Shown here one piece after another: positions 1 to 13,804 of a stretch of DNA of 64,000 bases. The position numbers were made by a program, and so were the translations under genes. The stretch covers positions 620,001 through 684,000 of the forward strand of contig QPGO01000007.1 in assembly GCA_008632985.1 (NCBI GenBank). The letters are read 5' to 3'. The notes under the pieces are model-generated. The model had not been told where the DNA came from and made no database searches. It worked only from the letters and a program-made list of their open reading frames with translations. Position 1 is the first letter of the stretch, and each line of letters starts with the position of its first letter. This DNA is from Psammoneis japonica (taxonomy: Eukaryota).

Positions 1-2233
1 ATGAATACTTTTCAGTGACAGCCTCTTTGTCAGCGCGCTCACACAAATTCGTGACAATCTTGAAGGTATATCCCTGGTCAATCAAGTACTGCTGTCGCTT
101 TGCAGAGTAGAACATCTCTTGAGTGTCGCTGCTCACAAGGGTGTAAAAGAAAGCATTGAAGGATGATCGATTTGACCCATCCTGCTGCGTAAACGACTTG
201 GGACGGAGGATTCGGCCGAGACGCTGTGCTTCCTGACGACGCGAACCAAAATGTGAAGACACTTGAATGATCACATTGGCTTCGGGGAGATCAATCGAGG
301 TATCTCCAACCTTACTGATACAAATGGTTCTCAGTACACTGCGCCACAGAAGAGACAGAAGAAGGAGAGACAGGACGAGGGTGAGACACTCGGCGACCGT
401 GACTTTGACTCGATCGTACACAAAACAACGTACTCGCTGGATCGAAAGATTCCTAGAACCGTCTGGCGCTCCTTCTCTGGAGTTTCTCCGCAAATTAGCG
501 GTCGTTGAAGCATGATAGCGTAAAGCTTGAGACTGTATACTAGATCCGAAAAGACAATAATCTTGTCTCCACGATCTTCATGGAAACGAACAAGAAACTC
601 GACCGCTCGGAGCTTGCTTGGATTCATCACATACAAGAGCTGCCTAAGCCTGGCATTTGACGTCATGAGGTATTCCTTCATGAAGGGGCCAGTCATGGGA
701 CACCACACTTCGACACACTGGACATTGGCCAAGTAACCTTGAGTCGTAAGATCCATCCAATTGGCCTCGTAGAGCTTGGGTCCAATCAAAAAGTTCAAAT
801 CGGAAATCAAATCGTCCTCGCGGACCAGAGTGGCGGTCAATCCCAAACGGCAGTGAGCCTTGACATTTCCTACTACCTTTCGAAACATCTTTGCCGGTAC
901 AACATGGACTTCGTCCATAAGCATGAGGCCTGTATCAATAGCAATGTAGCAACTCGTGTGAGAACAATGTGACCGCTGCAAGCTTGAACACCACCTACAT
1001 TCAAAGAATATGCGGTATGTACCTACCCCATTCACGAGACTGGATCGCCTCCATAATTTCCTTGCTTTTATCGCTTCGTTTTCCAGAATAGGCAATCATT
1101 GTGTAGGTTGTGACTAGCACACACGCATCGGCATGGATAGTGTCTTTACGGTCGCTTGTAAATACCGCAATGCGTTCATCCGGAATATTGGTCCACAGTT
1201 GGAACTGAAATTTCCACTGCAGGACACTGACAGCGTTGGTGCAGAGACACACCACCGATTTCTTTATGGTTTGTGCGGCCGTCACGCCTGTTAAGGTCTT
1301 ACCGGCACCGCAGGGCAAGACAATAATGCCGGATCGGGCACGTCCGTTTCCAAACATTTTTGCCAAGGACCGTTCTTGATAGCGACGAATCCTGGTGTGT
1401 GGTTTCAAGTCAAACATTGGAATGTTGGGATTAGCCGTGTCGTTTCTAAAATCGTATTCTTCCATAAGTGGGTAATCCAAGTCAATAGCTTGTCGTTTGA
1501 CATTCTCAACGGATTCTCCCTTGATTTGAAAGCTCACAACCGTGGCTGGTTTTTGTGCCCCTTCACCATCCTCCTCTTCATCCGACTCCTCTTCATCTTT
1601 AAGGATTTTTAAATTCTCTTCCATTTCTTCCGCACGTTTCTGAACCGTAAATCCGTGTTCATCCACCAACCCGTCCGAAACGACATCCTCAACAACACGG
1701 GATTGCGCAATGGTTGGATCACGCAAGAGCTCTCTCAGGACCGCCGGGAACTCACTCTCGACATAAAACTTGTTGTGTTTGAGCACCAGTTTCGCCTTTC
1801 CGTACTTTTGTGTACAGTCCCGCACAAATTTAGACACTTGTCCCGGCAGTTTGTTTTTGGACAGCCGCTCCAAGACCTGAATGATGGACTCGGTATCAAT
1901 GTTGGTGGCAACAGCAGCGTACAAACTGTACGGAGTCAGTTTGTACTGATGAATAAATTCGGGTCTCGCAACGGGCTCTGCAATAGCCACTAGAAAATCA
2001 TAGGCTTGTGCGTACAATTCATGAAAGGCTTCGAGATAAATAATTCCGTCGGGACACACCCAACACGGCCGCTGAACGTGATCCTTTTTCAGCGGCAAAT
2101 TCGAGAAATCGGCACCCAAAATCTCATCGCCGCCGTCCGTGACAGTGTCACCACCCAGAACTGCCTCGCGGCTTTTGGCACGTATCACGAGCTTACGGGC
2201 GCTGCTGTACTCGTCGGCCTCATCGTCAGACAT
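1..2233 (-). CDS. XPB: TFIIH helicase XPB (ERCC3/SSL2); 3' end runs off the window; introns 930-1026 and 339-433
   Basis: Motifs '[16 protein letters not shown]', 'DEVH' and '[11 protein letters not shown]'. After splicing the GT-AG introns it reads '[38 protein letters not shown]'. Confidence 0.96.
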
Positions 2234-2567
2234 GTTGGAAAAGCGGCTGTTGCTGCGACGCTACTGCAACATTGTGATGATGAGACGTGTTATTTGTGCT
2301 CGCTTCCGACTTCTTCGAACTGACGGTTAAGCAAACGTACACATGACAGACGAAAGCCGGTGGAGTACGCGTGCGCGGCGCGTGCGCAACGCGACCGACG
2401 ACCGACCCGACGACGCACAACACACCAAATCGCAACACTACTTTGCGACCGACGACCGACCGCATTCAACTCTGTTGTCTGTTGTTGTTGGCGGCATTCA
2501 ACGTCGACACAGGCAACATCTTTCATCTTCACAAACTTCTTTTGTTGTCTTTTTGTGTATCACAACG
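2234..2567. promoter_or_regulatory. Short bidirectional promoter region between XPB and SmG
   Basis: 334 bp between divergent start codons; CpG-rich, with two copies of CGACCGACGACCGAC. Confidence 0.5.
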
Positions 2568-2911
2568 ATGGCGCCGAAATTTCAAAAGGGTCCCGATCTC
2601 AAACGTTTCATGGTACGTAGGTGACTGTGCTGTGTTCAGCGGTCAGTGGTTGCTACCTGGCTGCCTACCATACTCTTTTTCACTCGCTCATCTCACTCGA
2701 CTTGCTCTTCATATATCGAATATAGGACAAGCGATTAAAGCTATCCTTAAATGGAAATCGCAAGGTCATTGGTACGTTGAGGGGATACGATGCTTTTTTG
2801 AATGTTGTGTTGGAAGAGGCAGAAACTGAAAAGAGCGGCGATTACATTGGAACGATTGTCATTCGGGGTAATTCTATTGTTCAGTTTGAAGGAATCGAAA
2901 GAATTTCATAA
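2568..2911 (+). CDS. SNRPG: Small nuclear ribonucleoprotein G (SmG), 76 aa; intron 2613-2725
   Basis: Spliced product MAPKFQKGPDLKRFM|DKRLKLSLNGNRKVIGTLRGYDAFLNVVLEEA...IGTIVIRGNSIVQFEGIERIS has Sm1/Sm2 motifs; intron GTACGT...TAG. Confidence 0.93.
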
Positions 2912-3096
2912 GAAAAACATGAATGTGGGATGCTGTGACTCTAGAAATTGTGATTACGTGTGATATTTTTTCGGTTGGGCGGGGTGTCTGTCGTTCAGAC
3001 GAGAGCTACAGAGTTCTGTGGCGGTCCTCTCGTGAAGTTGGTTACAAAACTAGAGCGCGCCGGGATATGAAAGATATATGTATACTAGCGATTTTG

Positions 3097-6000
3097 TTAC
3101 ACTTCCACTTGAGAGTCTTCGACTGCTCCGTTCCCCTTGACCGGAGGAGACAGCAACTTCTCCTGTGGAATGGAAACCCTCTCCATAAAAACAGACAGCA
3201 CTTCCAGCGCCGACGGTGGTTTGATTTCCTCTACCTTTTGACGCTGCTGTTTTCGTATCGACCGTACATGAATCTTGCATGTCCGCGACCAAATATGCAA
3301 CGCCATTCCGCACGACACTGTTCGGACCGGAATCATGTCGTGCTTGTCCCTCCATTTCACCATGCACTTGGCGAGGACTCCAGCGTACCTGTGATGAGCC
3401 TTGACAAACTCATCGCCTCGTCTCATTCCGAAACTCTGGAGGAAGTCAACCTGCCATGGACGCAAAATGTTTTCAAGTGACGTTGGATCGAGTGGATCAA
3501 AGTAGTTTTCGGTGCTTTGCTTGCCACAGGTGCAAGACATGCCGACTTTGGGCAGAAAGAAATCAATCATGTCGTCATTTCCCGAAAAGAACGGCATGGA
3601 ACAAGGACAAAAGTTGGTATCCGTAAAGTACACTTCCTCATAAGAAGTATCCTTTTTCGGCCACGAACTGCGGTATTTCCGCTTCTGCTTGCACTCTCTG
3701 AAGGGCGATAGCACTCCCCCGTTGAGGATCTCGTATTTGGAACCTTTGGCTGTCTTTTTCCACTCACTCAGCAATGAGGAGAACTCGTGAGTATCAATCT
3801 TGAGATGGCTCTGCTTCTTTGAAATGGAGTCGTGATGAGTGAGCAATTCACCCCTGAAACTATGATTGCTAGGAGGCCGCCGCCAATCCTTTCGCAATTT
3901 CATAACTACTGGTTTCCTTTCCTTGATGGGCGTATCTGCTGAGAAGGAAACTCTTCGAGTATGCTGCCTCTTGGGTGTTGTTGGCTTGGTGGGTGTACTC
4001 TTCTTTTTCTTTTCATCACTCATTAGCCCCATTGCTCTCCACTTTGCATACGCGGGATGACTCGGTATTGCCATACCAGGGGACAATACCTCGTTCTCCT
4101 CGTGCTGCTCCTTTTGTGGAGTGGAAAGTACCTCGGCTTGGCCATCACAAGAATTTTTCTCGACGGTGTCTCTGCGGTCCAGTTCCGCTGGCGTAGTCCC
4201 GTTTTCATCATTGTTGCTTGTTGAGTCCGGTTGGACAGAAGCCTCAACGTCAGAGGTTAACTTCTCGTGAGATTGAGCATGAGGACCAACATTGCTGTCA
4301 CCTTTGTTTTCCTGTATATGAGCTGCACATGTAGGCTGACTTAGTACACCTTCCTCTTGATCTTCTGGCGCGGTGCTATCTATCGCGGTATTCTTGGTGG
4401 AGCTCGCTTCCTTTAATCGGTCTGAAAGATTGCAGGCCGGAGATTCGGCAATGTCAGCTTTTCTTTCGGTAGTTGAATCGACATTCTCTGAACCGATTTG
4501 GATGGAGTCCTGATTATCATCCGCGACCCTTGGTGAGACATCGTGGCAATGTTGATTTCCGGAACCCTGTTCTTGTAGGTAGAGCAATAAGTCACTTGTC
4601 ATGTCTTCAAAGTCAACGTCACCCCAGTCACTTTGGCTCATCTGACTATCTATTCCGAGACTGTAATGTGACGCAGAGTCCAGAAAGCTGTCGTAGTCGT
4701 CTGTGAAAACACTATCATCAGCGTAGTCATCCGTTTCCGAAGGCAGTGCGGGAGTCTTGGTCTCCATATTGGACTCCGCTTCCGTGGGGATTGGAGCATT
4801 CTGCATTGAACCTCTCTCAATGTCCTTACTAGCGGTTGTACACGATGACGAGTTAGACGGGCTTTTGGATACCGCTTTGTTCCTACAATCATCCGAATCA
4901 GCTTTGACTCTGTTCTCTGTATGCTCGGCGTCAAGCAAACCAGAACATAGAAGTCTTTCTGAGCCGGTATTGGCTGCTATGACATGGTGTGTCTTCGTCG
5001 ATAGGGGAATGCAGTCGGGAGAAAGATGAGCGGGCGTTGAATCTGATGTCGTCGGGGTTGCTTTGTCGCCAGTTGAAGAATCGTCATTGGCTGATGCATA
5101 TTGTTCTTCTTTGTTGTCTGATAGCGATAATGAGTGATGTCCTGGGCATATGAAGACGATCTCATTCGGTAGCGTGTTCGCATCAACTTTATCCCTAGTT
5201 TCAGCCGATGCATTGTAGGCATGAGCTTCCTTTCCTTCAGGACAAGATTGAAAACTCTTCAGATCTTTGTCATTGGCTAGAGTAACACGAAGTGTGCTTG
5301 TCTTGAATTTAAATGACGCGGGGAGCGATGTTGCGGGAGAGTTTGGACTCCATCTTGGGGTGGAGGAAATCTCATCTGCAAGAATGCAAGGATCGCGCGG
5401 ACCAATAATTTTATCAGACGCATAAGAATGCTTCGCCGGAGAACTTGAAGAAAGGCCCTTGGAACATTTGCCGTTGGCTTCGGTATCATTTTTTGTGTTC
5501 AGTGGACGCGAAGGAGAATGCATACATTCAGGCGAGCCGGGCTCAACTCTCAGGTTTGCTGACACTTCATCCGTCAGAACGCTCAAATCTAGCGGATCCT
5601 TGGCTTGCTTCGTTGCGTGAGCGGACTGAAGACTCTTCTGATTGATGTCAATAATGATATCACCGTTCTTATTCGTTTCCAGAGCCGGCGGAGAAAGAGG
5701 AGATTCACCTGAGCTTGACTCCAACTTTTCTTGTGTTGTTTCACCTGTCGGAAGATTGGAGTTCTGTGACCCATCATCGTCTGTTTCTTCCTCTCTAGAT
5801 GCAGTCAAAGGCAGGCGCCAGGACTTTGCAACAAGGCATCTAACAACGCATCAGCATATATATCTACGTCATCTTCGTATGTAACAACAAACATTTGGGA
5901 CCGAGGAGTACGTTCATCATACGGGGCATCTAGCGAAGAATGGGATTTGTTTGGCGGCGACGCTTCGTGGGAAAGATGCACGATGTCAGACCTGCCGATC

Positions 6001-7121
6001 ACTTCTTGAGAAGCTTGAAGGGCATCAAAGCTGTCAGCCACTTTTTTAGGAGATTTCGGAGAAAAGCGTTGACGGTGCCTTTCGAGGTGATAGGCAATAT
6101 CCTCAAGGTTTGCCTTAACTTCTGGGAAGATGCTACTATCGCCCGTGCTTGTTGAAGACATTGGAGTACGGTTTTCGATACGCTCGATTTCTTCGGGAAT
6201 GGTGTTGCTGACAACTTTCAGCTCTGATCTTTCTTTCGTCTCATAGTCTGCGATATTGATCGTTTGTCCTTGACATTCAACATCAACGGTGGTAGAAGAT
6301 AAGGTAGTCAGGTCCGTGATATCTTCGACTGCGCTGTCCATTGATGAACATTTGCTCTCATGAGCAGGGCTCTCTTCGGGGAATGAAGATGGGGCATATC
6401 CATGATGGTAAAAGATTGGAGATGCAAGTATAGCGTTCTTTTCTTTGCGAGGGAAAGGGTTTGGCGACCTTTGACGGCCGAGGACCACGGACCGTTCAAC
6501 CCAGTCAGAACTGCCAAAGTCGTCGTCTTCTTCTTCGAATCGGAATCGGGAGTACTTGTGATTCGCAAATATTGAAGACGAAGGAAAATTTCTATCTCTT
6601 CCAAGACTCTGTTGACCCACAAAGTGCTGAACGTTTTGTATCGCTTCTTCGTTGCGAGGACTGAGAACCTTGTAATAGGTGTCATTCCAAGAGGCTTGCC
6701 AACGAGCGCTAATTTCGGATACTGCAACGTCATCAGCCTCGATCGCATCATTAGTGGGCTCTTCAGTACTCGAAACTGACGCGACTTGAGACTTTTCGTC
6801 GACTGCATACTTGTCTCGAATGGCGTATTTGACATGATCGGGGCTCGTGTTTTCCGTGTAGAAAGCTTCTGTTCGCGGAGAAGGTTCGGCTCGATTAGCA
6901 TTCAAAGGTTGACGTACTGCGTACTTATCTCGTACGTAATCTACCCCCAAGTGGCCTATTTTGGTATCGAAAGGATGAGCCCCGAGGGAATATCGATCGA
7001 AACTGATCGGGTTCTGTTCAGATCGGCTGTCACTAGAAGGAGCCAATTGATTTAAATCCCGACGACGCCTCTGCCTCTTCTCAATCCGCTTCTTTTTGCC
7101 TGAAGATCCCACGTAACTCAT
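3097..7121 (-). CDS. Large, mostly low-complexity hypothetical protein with C-terminal 'LRPWQ...ALHIW' domain; ORFs 5805-7121 and 3097-5808 probably joined (candidate intron 5795-5922, or a 1-nt frameshift)
   Basis: Two abutting long ORFs; a GTATGA...CTAG intron restores the frame; the C-terminal domain resembles those of the two neighbouring genes. Confidence 0.7.
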
Positions 7122-7902
7122 GGTGAATACTGATGAGTATCACTATGGTATGCAACAGTTTTGTTGTTTGTTCAGTTGTTTGTTCAGTGTGATGGGTTGG
7201 TCCCATGGATTAGGTGGGACCGCCCCGCCAAAAAATGTGTGTCACTCGTGAGTTTGCAACGTTCATTTTCAAACGCACGTAGAAAATTTGATAGTCGTTA
7301 ATGGTACTTAACGACTAAATCGTGAATCTTTCGTGTTTGTCGATACTGGACATTATTGACATATAAAATAATTAAAGTTTGTTTATAATATTATTTTATA
7401 TCTTATGAAATTATTGGTTGTGTACAGTATTGCTTTATTACATTAATGTTCTAATCGAATCCGTATTTATTAAAAAAAATGTCTCACAGACAAAAACCCG
7501 TTGATTTCGTGTATTTTATGTACGTTTCCACATCATAGTATTGTTTCGAACAATTGCCTAATCGCTAGCCTGGATAAATAATAAGCTCCGAGCACGAATA
7601 GGCTCATTTAGATACAGGCAAAAATTCCAAAATTTGGATCGAGTTAGTCAGTCGCTTCCACCTGTGCCAGTTTCCCAGTTTCTGCGTTGCTTCGTCGCTG
7701 GACGATGCTTTGTCGTTGCACCACGTCCGGCGAATTGTATTCTTCATTCACAAACACATCACTGATCACTCGTCACCACCATCTCGGTACTGTACCGAGA
7801 CACGTACTAGGCTTGCCATCAGCCATCAGAAGAACTGGCACCCACATTCGGGGACGCACCCCTGTTTCAAATCTCAATTGAGAAACGGTACTCGTACTCG
7901 GC

Positions 7903-9036
7903 ATGATGACGCTTTCTACATCCAACGAAAAGGCTGCAGAAGATGTTACCAACGACCCTGTAAGGATCGAAACTCCGGTCGGATTCTTTGATGATTCTAA
8001 TGTTCTATCGAAACGTAAAGATGAGTCGGTGGGTTTAGGTATATCAAGACCTGTTTATGACAGTGATTGTCGACATGAGAGTCAGCAGAAGGATGTGTTG
8101 AACCCGTATGCGCTATCGCCAATAAGTATATTCGGAAGCAAACAACAGGAGCCATCAAGCAACGATGATGAAGCATCCACCGAGGAGGATCAAGACAGGA
8201 GAAAAGAAGAAGGTGATTGCCCTGCCTCCGAGCGCCCACCAATGTTGTCGTCCTATTTCAATGAGGCCGATGATTCGCCAGACTCGTCAGATAGAGAAGT
8301 AACAGAGATCTCTCCGAAGCTCTTGTCAGCTCTTGCTCTTTTGCATGCTGATCATGATGACGAGGTAGATTCTCTCGACGATGGATCATCAACGGCAGAT
8401 AGCGAGGACAGTTTCAGTCGGTATCCGCCCTCCCCCGTAACATCATCACCAAGAAAAAGAAGAGCTCTAATCAAACGTTTGCTTCGGTTTTCCAAATTTA
8501 GAAGCCACAAGACCAAGAAGCGAATGGGGATTACCCCCGCGTCATACGAGGCGTCTCTTGATGCACCCTTGTCTTTTACGGGGAAAGAATTCGCTGTCAG
8601 TAACGACAGAGCCGCTTCCATCCATCCGGTCACTGAAGTTCAGAAACATAGCTGCAGCTTGTCTGTTAGCACAATGGATCATTCAAGTCAAGACACAGAT
8701 TTTACCATGTGTTTTAGCTCTGTCTCGGAAGGCTGCAGCTGGGACGCCAATCGCGTCGAGTTGCTCATGCCCAGGTTTGACGCAGAGTCTTTACATTTTG
8801 CAGACCACGATTTGGTGGAAAGCATTCTTCGTCCATGGCAAGTCGCATTTCTCTCTTCCATTGGAATCACACTGCGTGAACAGCTGGTCCAAGCGCGAGA
8901 AACTCAAGAGGCAGATGTTGTCAACGCCATGGCGAAGTGGCGTCATGAACACAACATGACGTCCTTCAAGAAATCCCAGTACGCACTGGCTCTTCATATT
9001 TGGGCGCGGGCATGCCGCAAGGAAAACAAGGAGTGA
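7903..9036 (+). CDS. Hypothetical protein (377 aa), acidic/Ser-rich, with C-terminal 'LRPWQ...ALHIW' domain
   Basis: Intact ORF; 'ESILRPWQVAFLSSIGI...MAKWR...ALHIWARACRK' matches the neighbours. Confidence 0.8.
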   Translation: MMTLSTSNEKAAEDVTNDPVRIETPVGFFDDSNVLSKRKDESVGLGISRPVYDSDCRHESQQKDVLNPYALSPISIFGSKQQEPSSNDDEASTEEDQDRRKEEGDCPASERPPMLSSYFNEADDSPDSSDREVTEISPKLLSALALLHADHDDEVDSLDDGSSTADSEDSFSRYPPSPVTSSPRKRRALIKRLLRFSKFRSHKTKKRMGITPASYEASLDAPLSFTGKEFAVSNDRAASIHPVTEVQKHSCSLSVSTMDHSSQDTDFTMCFSSVSEGCSWDANRVELLMPRFDAESLHFADHDLVESILRPWQVAFLSSIGITLREQLVQARETQEADVVNAMAKWRHEHNMTSFKKSQYALALHIWARACRKENKE

Positions 9037-9215
9037 TTGTCGAACAGGAGGAGTCAAAGAATATTCATACATATATTACATAAGATACAACCAAAGCCAG
9101 AAAACGGTCCCCCAATCCAAGCACGGTGAAAGAGGCTAACGTAACGAAAGAAGATTCCATAATTAAGTGCCGAGCTGTAAGTTATAGTCCCGTTTGTGTA
9201 CGTTTTATCGCTTAA

Positions 9216-12200
9216 CTAAAAAGCTGAGTCATGACCCAGCGTAGACATGGACCTGTTGTCTGATTCCAGAGATACATCAAGGAACTTTGGCTTTTTTGGC
9301 GTTGTTATTCCCTGTGCACGTTGCTCTCGAATAGATTTGACGACAGTCTTGCACGTTCGAGCCCAGATGTGGAGCGCAATTCCGCATGAATTGGTCTTCA
9401 CGGAAATCATTTTCTTTGCCTTTCTCCACTTTCTCATTGACTTTGCAAGACTAGCCCCCCTCTGATTGTGTACATGAACCAGTTCCACCGCGGTGTGAAT
9501 TTCCATTGAGTTCAAGAATTCCACTTGCCACGGCCGTAAGATATTTTCGAGAGCCGTCGGGTTTCCATTGTCTTGAACCTTGATCGGCTGCGTGTACTTT
9601 CCACAGGTACACGCAACTCCAAGTTTTGGTAAGTAAAACTCAACGTGCTCCAGGTTTCCTGTGAACAAAGAGCTCTGACAGCAGCAGTCGGTGTTACTTG
9701 CGACCTTGTCCAAGTTACTGATGATAACATTCCTTTTTTTCTCTGCTGTACCCGGTACTTCAATCTTCCTGGGCGGACGGCCAGGAAGCTGAATGGCGTG
9801 AGACTGAGCTGACGGAACCATTTGGACTGAAGGCTTAAAATCAGTGCCCGTGCTTGATGCAACTGAACTTGCAATGCTTCTTGAAGATTTTCCTTTTTGA
9901 ATGGCTTTCTCAGCCCAGCAGAGCATCTTTGTAGCGTGGTCTCGAATTGCTTTGGGATCAGATGCGTTCGAGTCGTCACAGCCGAACTCTGATTCTATGG
10001 TCAAATCATCTGAGATCCCTCCTTCTGATCCACGTTCTTCAAATTCTTCTCTTGTTGAACCTTCTGAAGGGTTGGAGAAGCTTCTTTCATCAACGCACTC
10101 CCGCAAATCTGTTATCTTTCTTGTCGACGCATGTGATTCCGTAGGAGCTTTCCGCTGCTCTTCCTGAAGACGCTTGTTCTCATCCTCAAGTACGGCACAC
10201 TTCACACGAAGAGCATCTCGTTCGTCGGACACGATTGTGACCCTGTCCTCTTTCCTCGCCTTGGATTGCCTTTCTTCACCAAGTTCGTTGCTTAAAGCTT
10301 CAAGTCGTTTTTCCTTGTCTTCGAGTTTTGATCGAAGCGTGGCATTTTCGGCATTCGAAATATCCAAGCTTTTCTGGAGTAAAGCGATTTTATGGAAAGC
10401 ATCGTGCAGCTTGTTCTCCAGGTGCTGCGTCTCATAAGTTTTGGACGGCTTTTCCTTCTCAGCCTCTTGCTTCTTTCCTTCGATAGAAGCAAGCTCTATG
10501 TTCATATCCTCTGAGCTACCGTGAAAATGACGCTTAGACTCTTCCACCGGAAAAGCAACTGGGTCAAAGTAGTTTTCCTTCTCTTCCATTCCCTCGTTCT
10601 TCTGAAGCACTTCAGCCTTTGTAGCCACAAGATCTTCTTTGAGATCTGATATAGCTTTCTCGTACTCAGCCACGCGATCTGTCAGTCCTCTGATTTCGTT
10701 GGTAAGTGAAAGATTCTTCAAAGCGAGTTCACGATAATCTGCTTTTGAGTTTGTAATCTCTTCTTGTTTGAGTTGAAGAGATTTGGTGAGATTCGCGAGA
10801 GCTTGGTCTTTTTCTTTCAGCTCTAAGGCATTTTCCTGAAGTTGGTAGGACATTTCTTTTCTATCTATTGCTAGCGTATCGAAGGATCTCGTTGATTCAT
10901 CATCATGAACGGCATTCTCATCTCTCAAGTCTTCGATGCTTTCGATGAGTGAAAGCTCATACGAAAGAAGTGACGTTTCAACAGAGCTCTCGTTTTCCTT
11001 CTGCAGCTCTGATCTCACGTCGTCAGTCGCTTCTCCCTGATTTTCAACGTAGAGTGCAATACGACCTCGTCGTTAGCTCCTGCCGTATTTAAGTCTAAAA
11101 AAGTTCTATGCATTCTCTATTCATTGAAGTACTCACCTCTGACGAAGATATAGGCTTCTCATACCGAACGATGGATTCTTCAAGCTCCTCAGACGTGGTC
11201 GACGAGCGCTCATTCGAAGGGTGTTGGACGGCTTCATTGCTACACAAAGCCCTTCTTTGTCTCTCAGACGACTGCAGTCGATTTTTTAACTCGCTTATTT
11301 TTGCTTTGAGTAACTTGTTTTCCCGACGCATCGCTTCGCTTTGTTCTGGAGACAATGGGGCTTTCTGCACGTTCGGTGTAACCGTGTTTGTGATTGCACG
11401 CGCTCTCTCAGCGTAACGAAGAGTATTGATGGATTCTTCTATGTTGGCATCAGCAGGTGATACGCACGCAAACATGACGGTAAAGCAATTCCCTTGAAAT
11501 CCAAAGACAAGAAAGTAACGCACGTGAGTTGCATTGTTTTAACCCACACATGGACATATGGTCCGCTTCGGACCCACAAAGCGCATACCATACCTCCAAG
11601 AGAATCTCGTAGAAGACGCGTTAGCTTACTATCTCGATAGGGAACATGAGTGTTGGTGGAAACTCTTCTTGATGAATCTTTTTGTCTGCTCCTTTCCGCA
11701 AGAGCTGAGATAACTTTTCCCAAGACAAACAAATCCTTGTTAATGTTGATGCTCTCCTTCTTTTTCACACCAATGACACCTGTCTGTTTGAGACGCTCGG
11801 ATCCCGCAAGGTCAACAAGTGTTAGCTTCCCTCGCACTTTCTTTGTCGATCTTTTGGGTTTGACAGTCACTGTAAGGGTGCAAACCGCGTGAGATCTGCT
11901 AGAGGCTTTATTCATTCGCGTGCTGCCAGTCGTTCTTCTACACGCCGCTGCTTTCATAAGTGCCTTCACTTGACCGACCGATTGGACTTCTTGTACGGTA
12001 AGATCTTCAACTATCGTTCCCTCTTTTCCACTATCCCGAATTTCGAGGGATCTTGTTTCACTTGAGTCAACGAGTAAGTCTCTAAGCTCATCGTTGTAAA
12101 TCTCAAGGTAGTTCAAGTGGATCGAGACGTCACCAGATTTCTCTTTCAGCTTCTTTACTTGAAATAAGTCTTCAACGGCTCTGCAGATAATCCCATCATC

Positions 12201-12905
12201 TTCTGAGGGAGTGCAGGATGAAGCACCGTTTGACAGATGGTCGAATACCATTGACAGGTTTCTTGCTTCTTTGCTGGACTTCTCTTGTTTCGGGGCGAGC
12301 TCATGGTCGTTGTGACCCCCCATTGTATGAGTTTTGCCCGAGCCCGTTTGACCATATGCAAGTATTGTCGCATTATATCCTTGGAATATGTTTTGAGAAA
12401 GAGAGTCTCCAATAGCTTGGTCATACACTTGCTTTTGCTTGACAGTAGGTCCAAAGACAGCGTCAAAGTTGAACGTCCGCTTGTCGATCTGGAGGCCTTG
12501 TGGTGGTTGTTCGTTTGTGTTTTCGAGTGAGCTTCCTTTATTGGCCAGTCCATTTCGAGCTACAGGAGTTTCTCCGAAACCAAGATATGGATCAGATGAA
12601 GCGTCTTTCTTAACACTTTGTTTCACAGGCGTCTGCTTGCCCCTTTTTTTCACTGGAGTAAGGAAGGCGAACGGGTTGAGACTTTTCTTGGGAGGGGGGC
12701 TAGACGGCCGATGCTGGGCGGCCTTCTCGTCCACAAATTCTTTTCCGCCAGGAAGGATAGGGTAAATTACGGAGCGGCATCTCCTCCTTTCCTCTTCACA
12801 ACTCATCGGGCGTATGCGAGCCACGACACGAATGTTGTTGGACTGACAAACATCACGATTCTCGAGCTCCGGTGGGAACCTGTTTGAGCAATCTGATGCA
12901 GCCAT
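9216..12905 (-). CDS. Kinesin (kinesin-4-like N-terminal motor, coiled coil, C-terminal 'LRPWQ...ALHIW' domain); exons 12905-11594, 11492-11137, 11036-9216
   Basis: P-loop '[13 protein letters not shown]', 'SSRSHA', 'LVDLAGSER' and '[33 protein letters not shown]'; two GT-AG introns join the three ORFs in frame. Confidence 0.92.
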
Positions 12906-13528
12906 TCTAAAAACACTGTCGCATCCTACAGTACAGTACCGTACTGAGCTCTTGGTGGACGGCACTTCCCAACATGGGATGGGAGAAAGGCAGGGTGAAC
13001 CAAGAATGTGGCGGTTGCCCTTCGTGTTGCGTGTGCCTGTTTGAAAGTTGGATGCAACGGAATAATGCAGTTTTCTTTATGAATATATATTATTGAATGT
13101 GTTATCATACACAAAATATTCGGTACTTTAGTTATCTATTTTGGTAGCCGGTGTCTTCAGTTGGTGGCGGCCATTATTCAGTGAGTCCTGCACACCGTCG
13201 TGTTTAGATCGTCTAGGGCCTAGTCTATCCAATTCGCAGGGAGGGGTGAAAGTGATTGTTTGGCCAGTGTTGACAACTCGCACGACTGTCAGTGGATCAG
13301 CCCCAATCAAGATCCGAAAATTGAGCAAATCCAGCCATGATTTGCTCACTTTGTCAGAGCCAATGATTTCTCTCTTTGTCCTGGGGCGCCTGGAAGAACA
13401 GGCAACGGTTTGGCGGCCATTCATGTCGACAATCATTGCAGTCAGCACCATGGTCCATGGTTGCTCATGCAACTGCAACATTCACTGCAACACAACACTG
13501 TCATGGGTGCAAACACAATCGCTCGTTG

Positions 13529-13804
13529 TGACAGGATTTGAACAGGATTTGGGTGCGCGCGAAATGTCGCGCGCTGTTTGGTTTGCCGCGCACAGTTTTG
13601 TGTGCTTTAGTTCCACGCGTTCGCGCGCGATGCAGTTTGCTTTCGAGCCACAAGGCTCACAAGAATGATGACAGCAGCCCGATTTTATCGACTTGCACGT
13701 CTTTCGGCTCCTGCAACGGTCTCTGAGCGGAGACTCATCTGCCATTTAGACAGCAGTGAGGAGTTGTTGTTTGAATTCTTGCCATTTGCCTTCAATTTCT
13801 GTCA
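13529..13804 (+). repeat. Copia 5' LTR
   Basis: TGACAGG...TTCTGTCA, near-identical to 22074-22349. Confidence 0.9.

Noticed and set aside
7300..7620. AT-rich tract as a centromere
   Set aside because: Only ~300 bp between divergent genes; better explained as promoter DNA.
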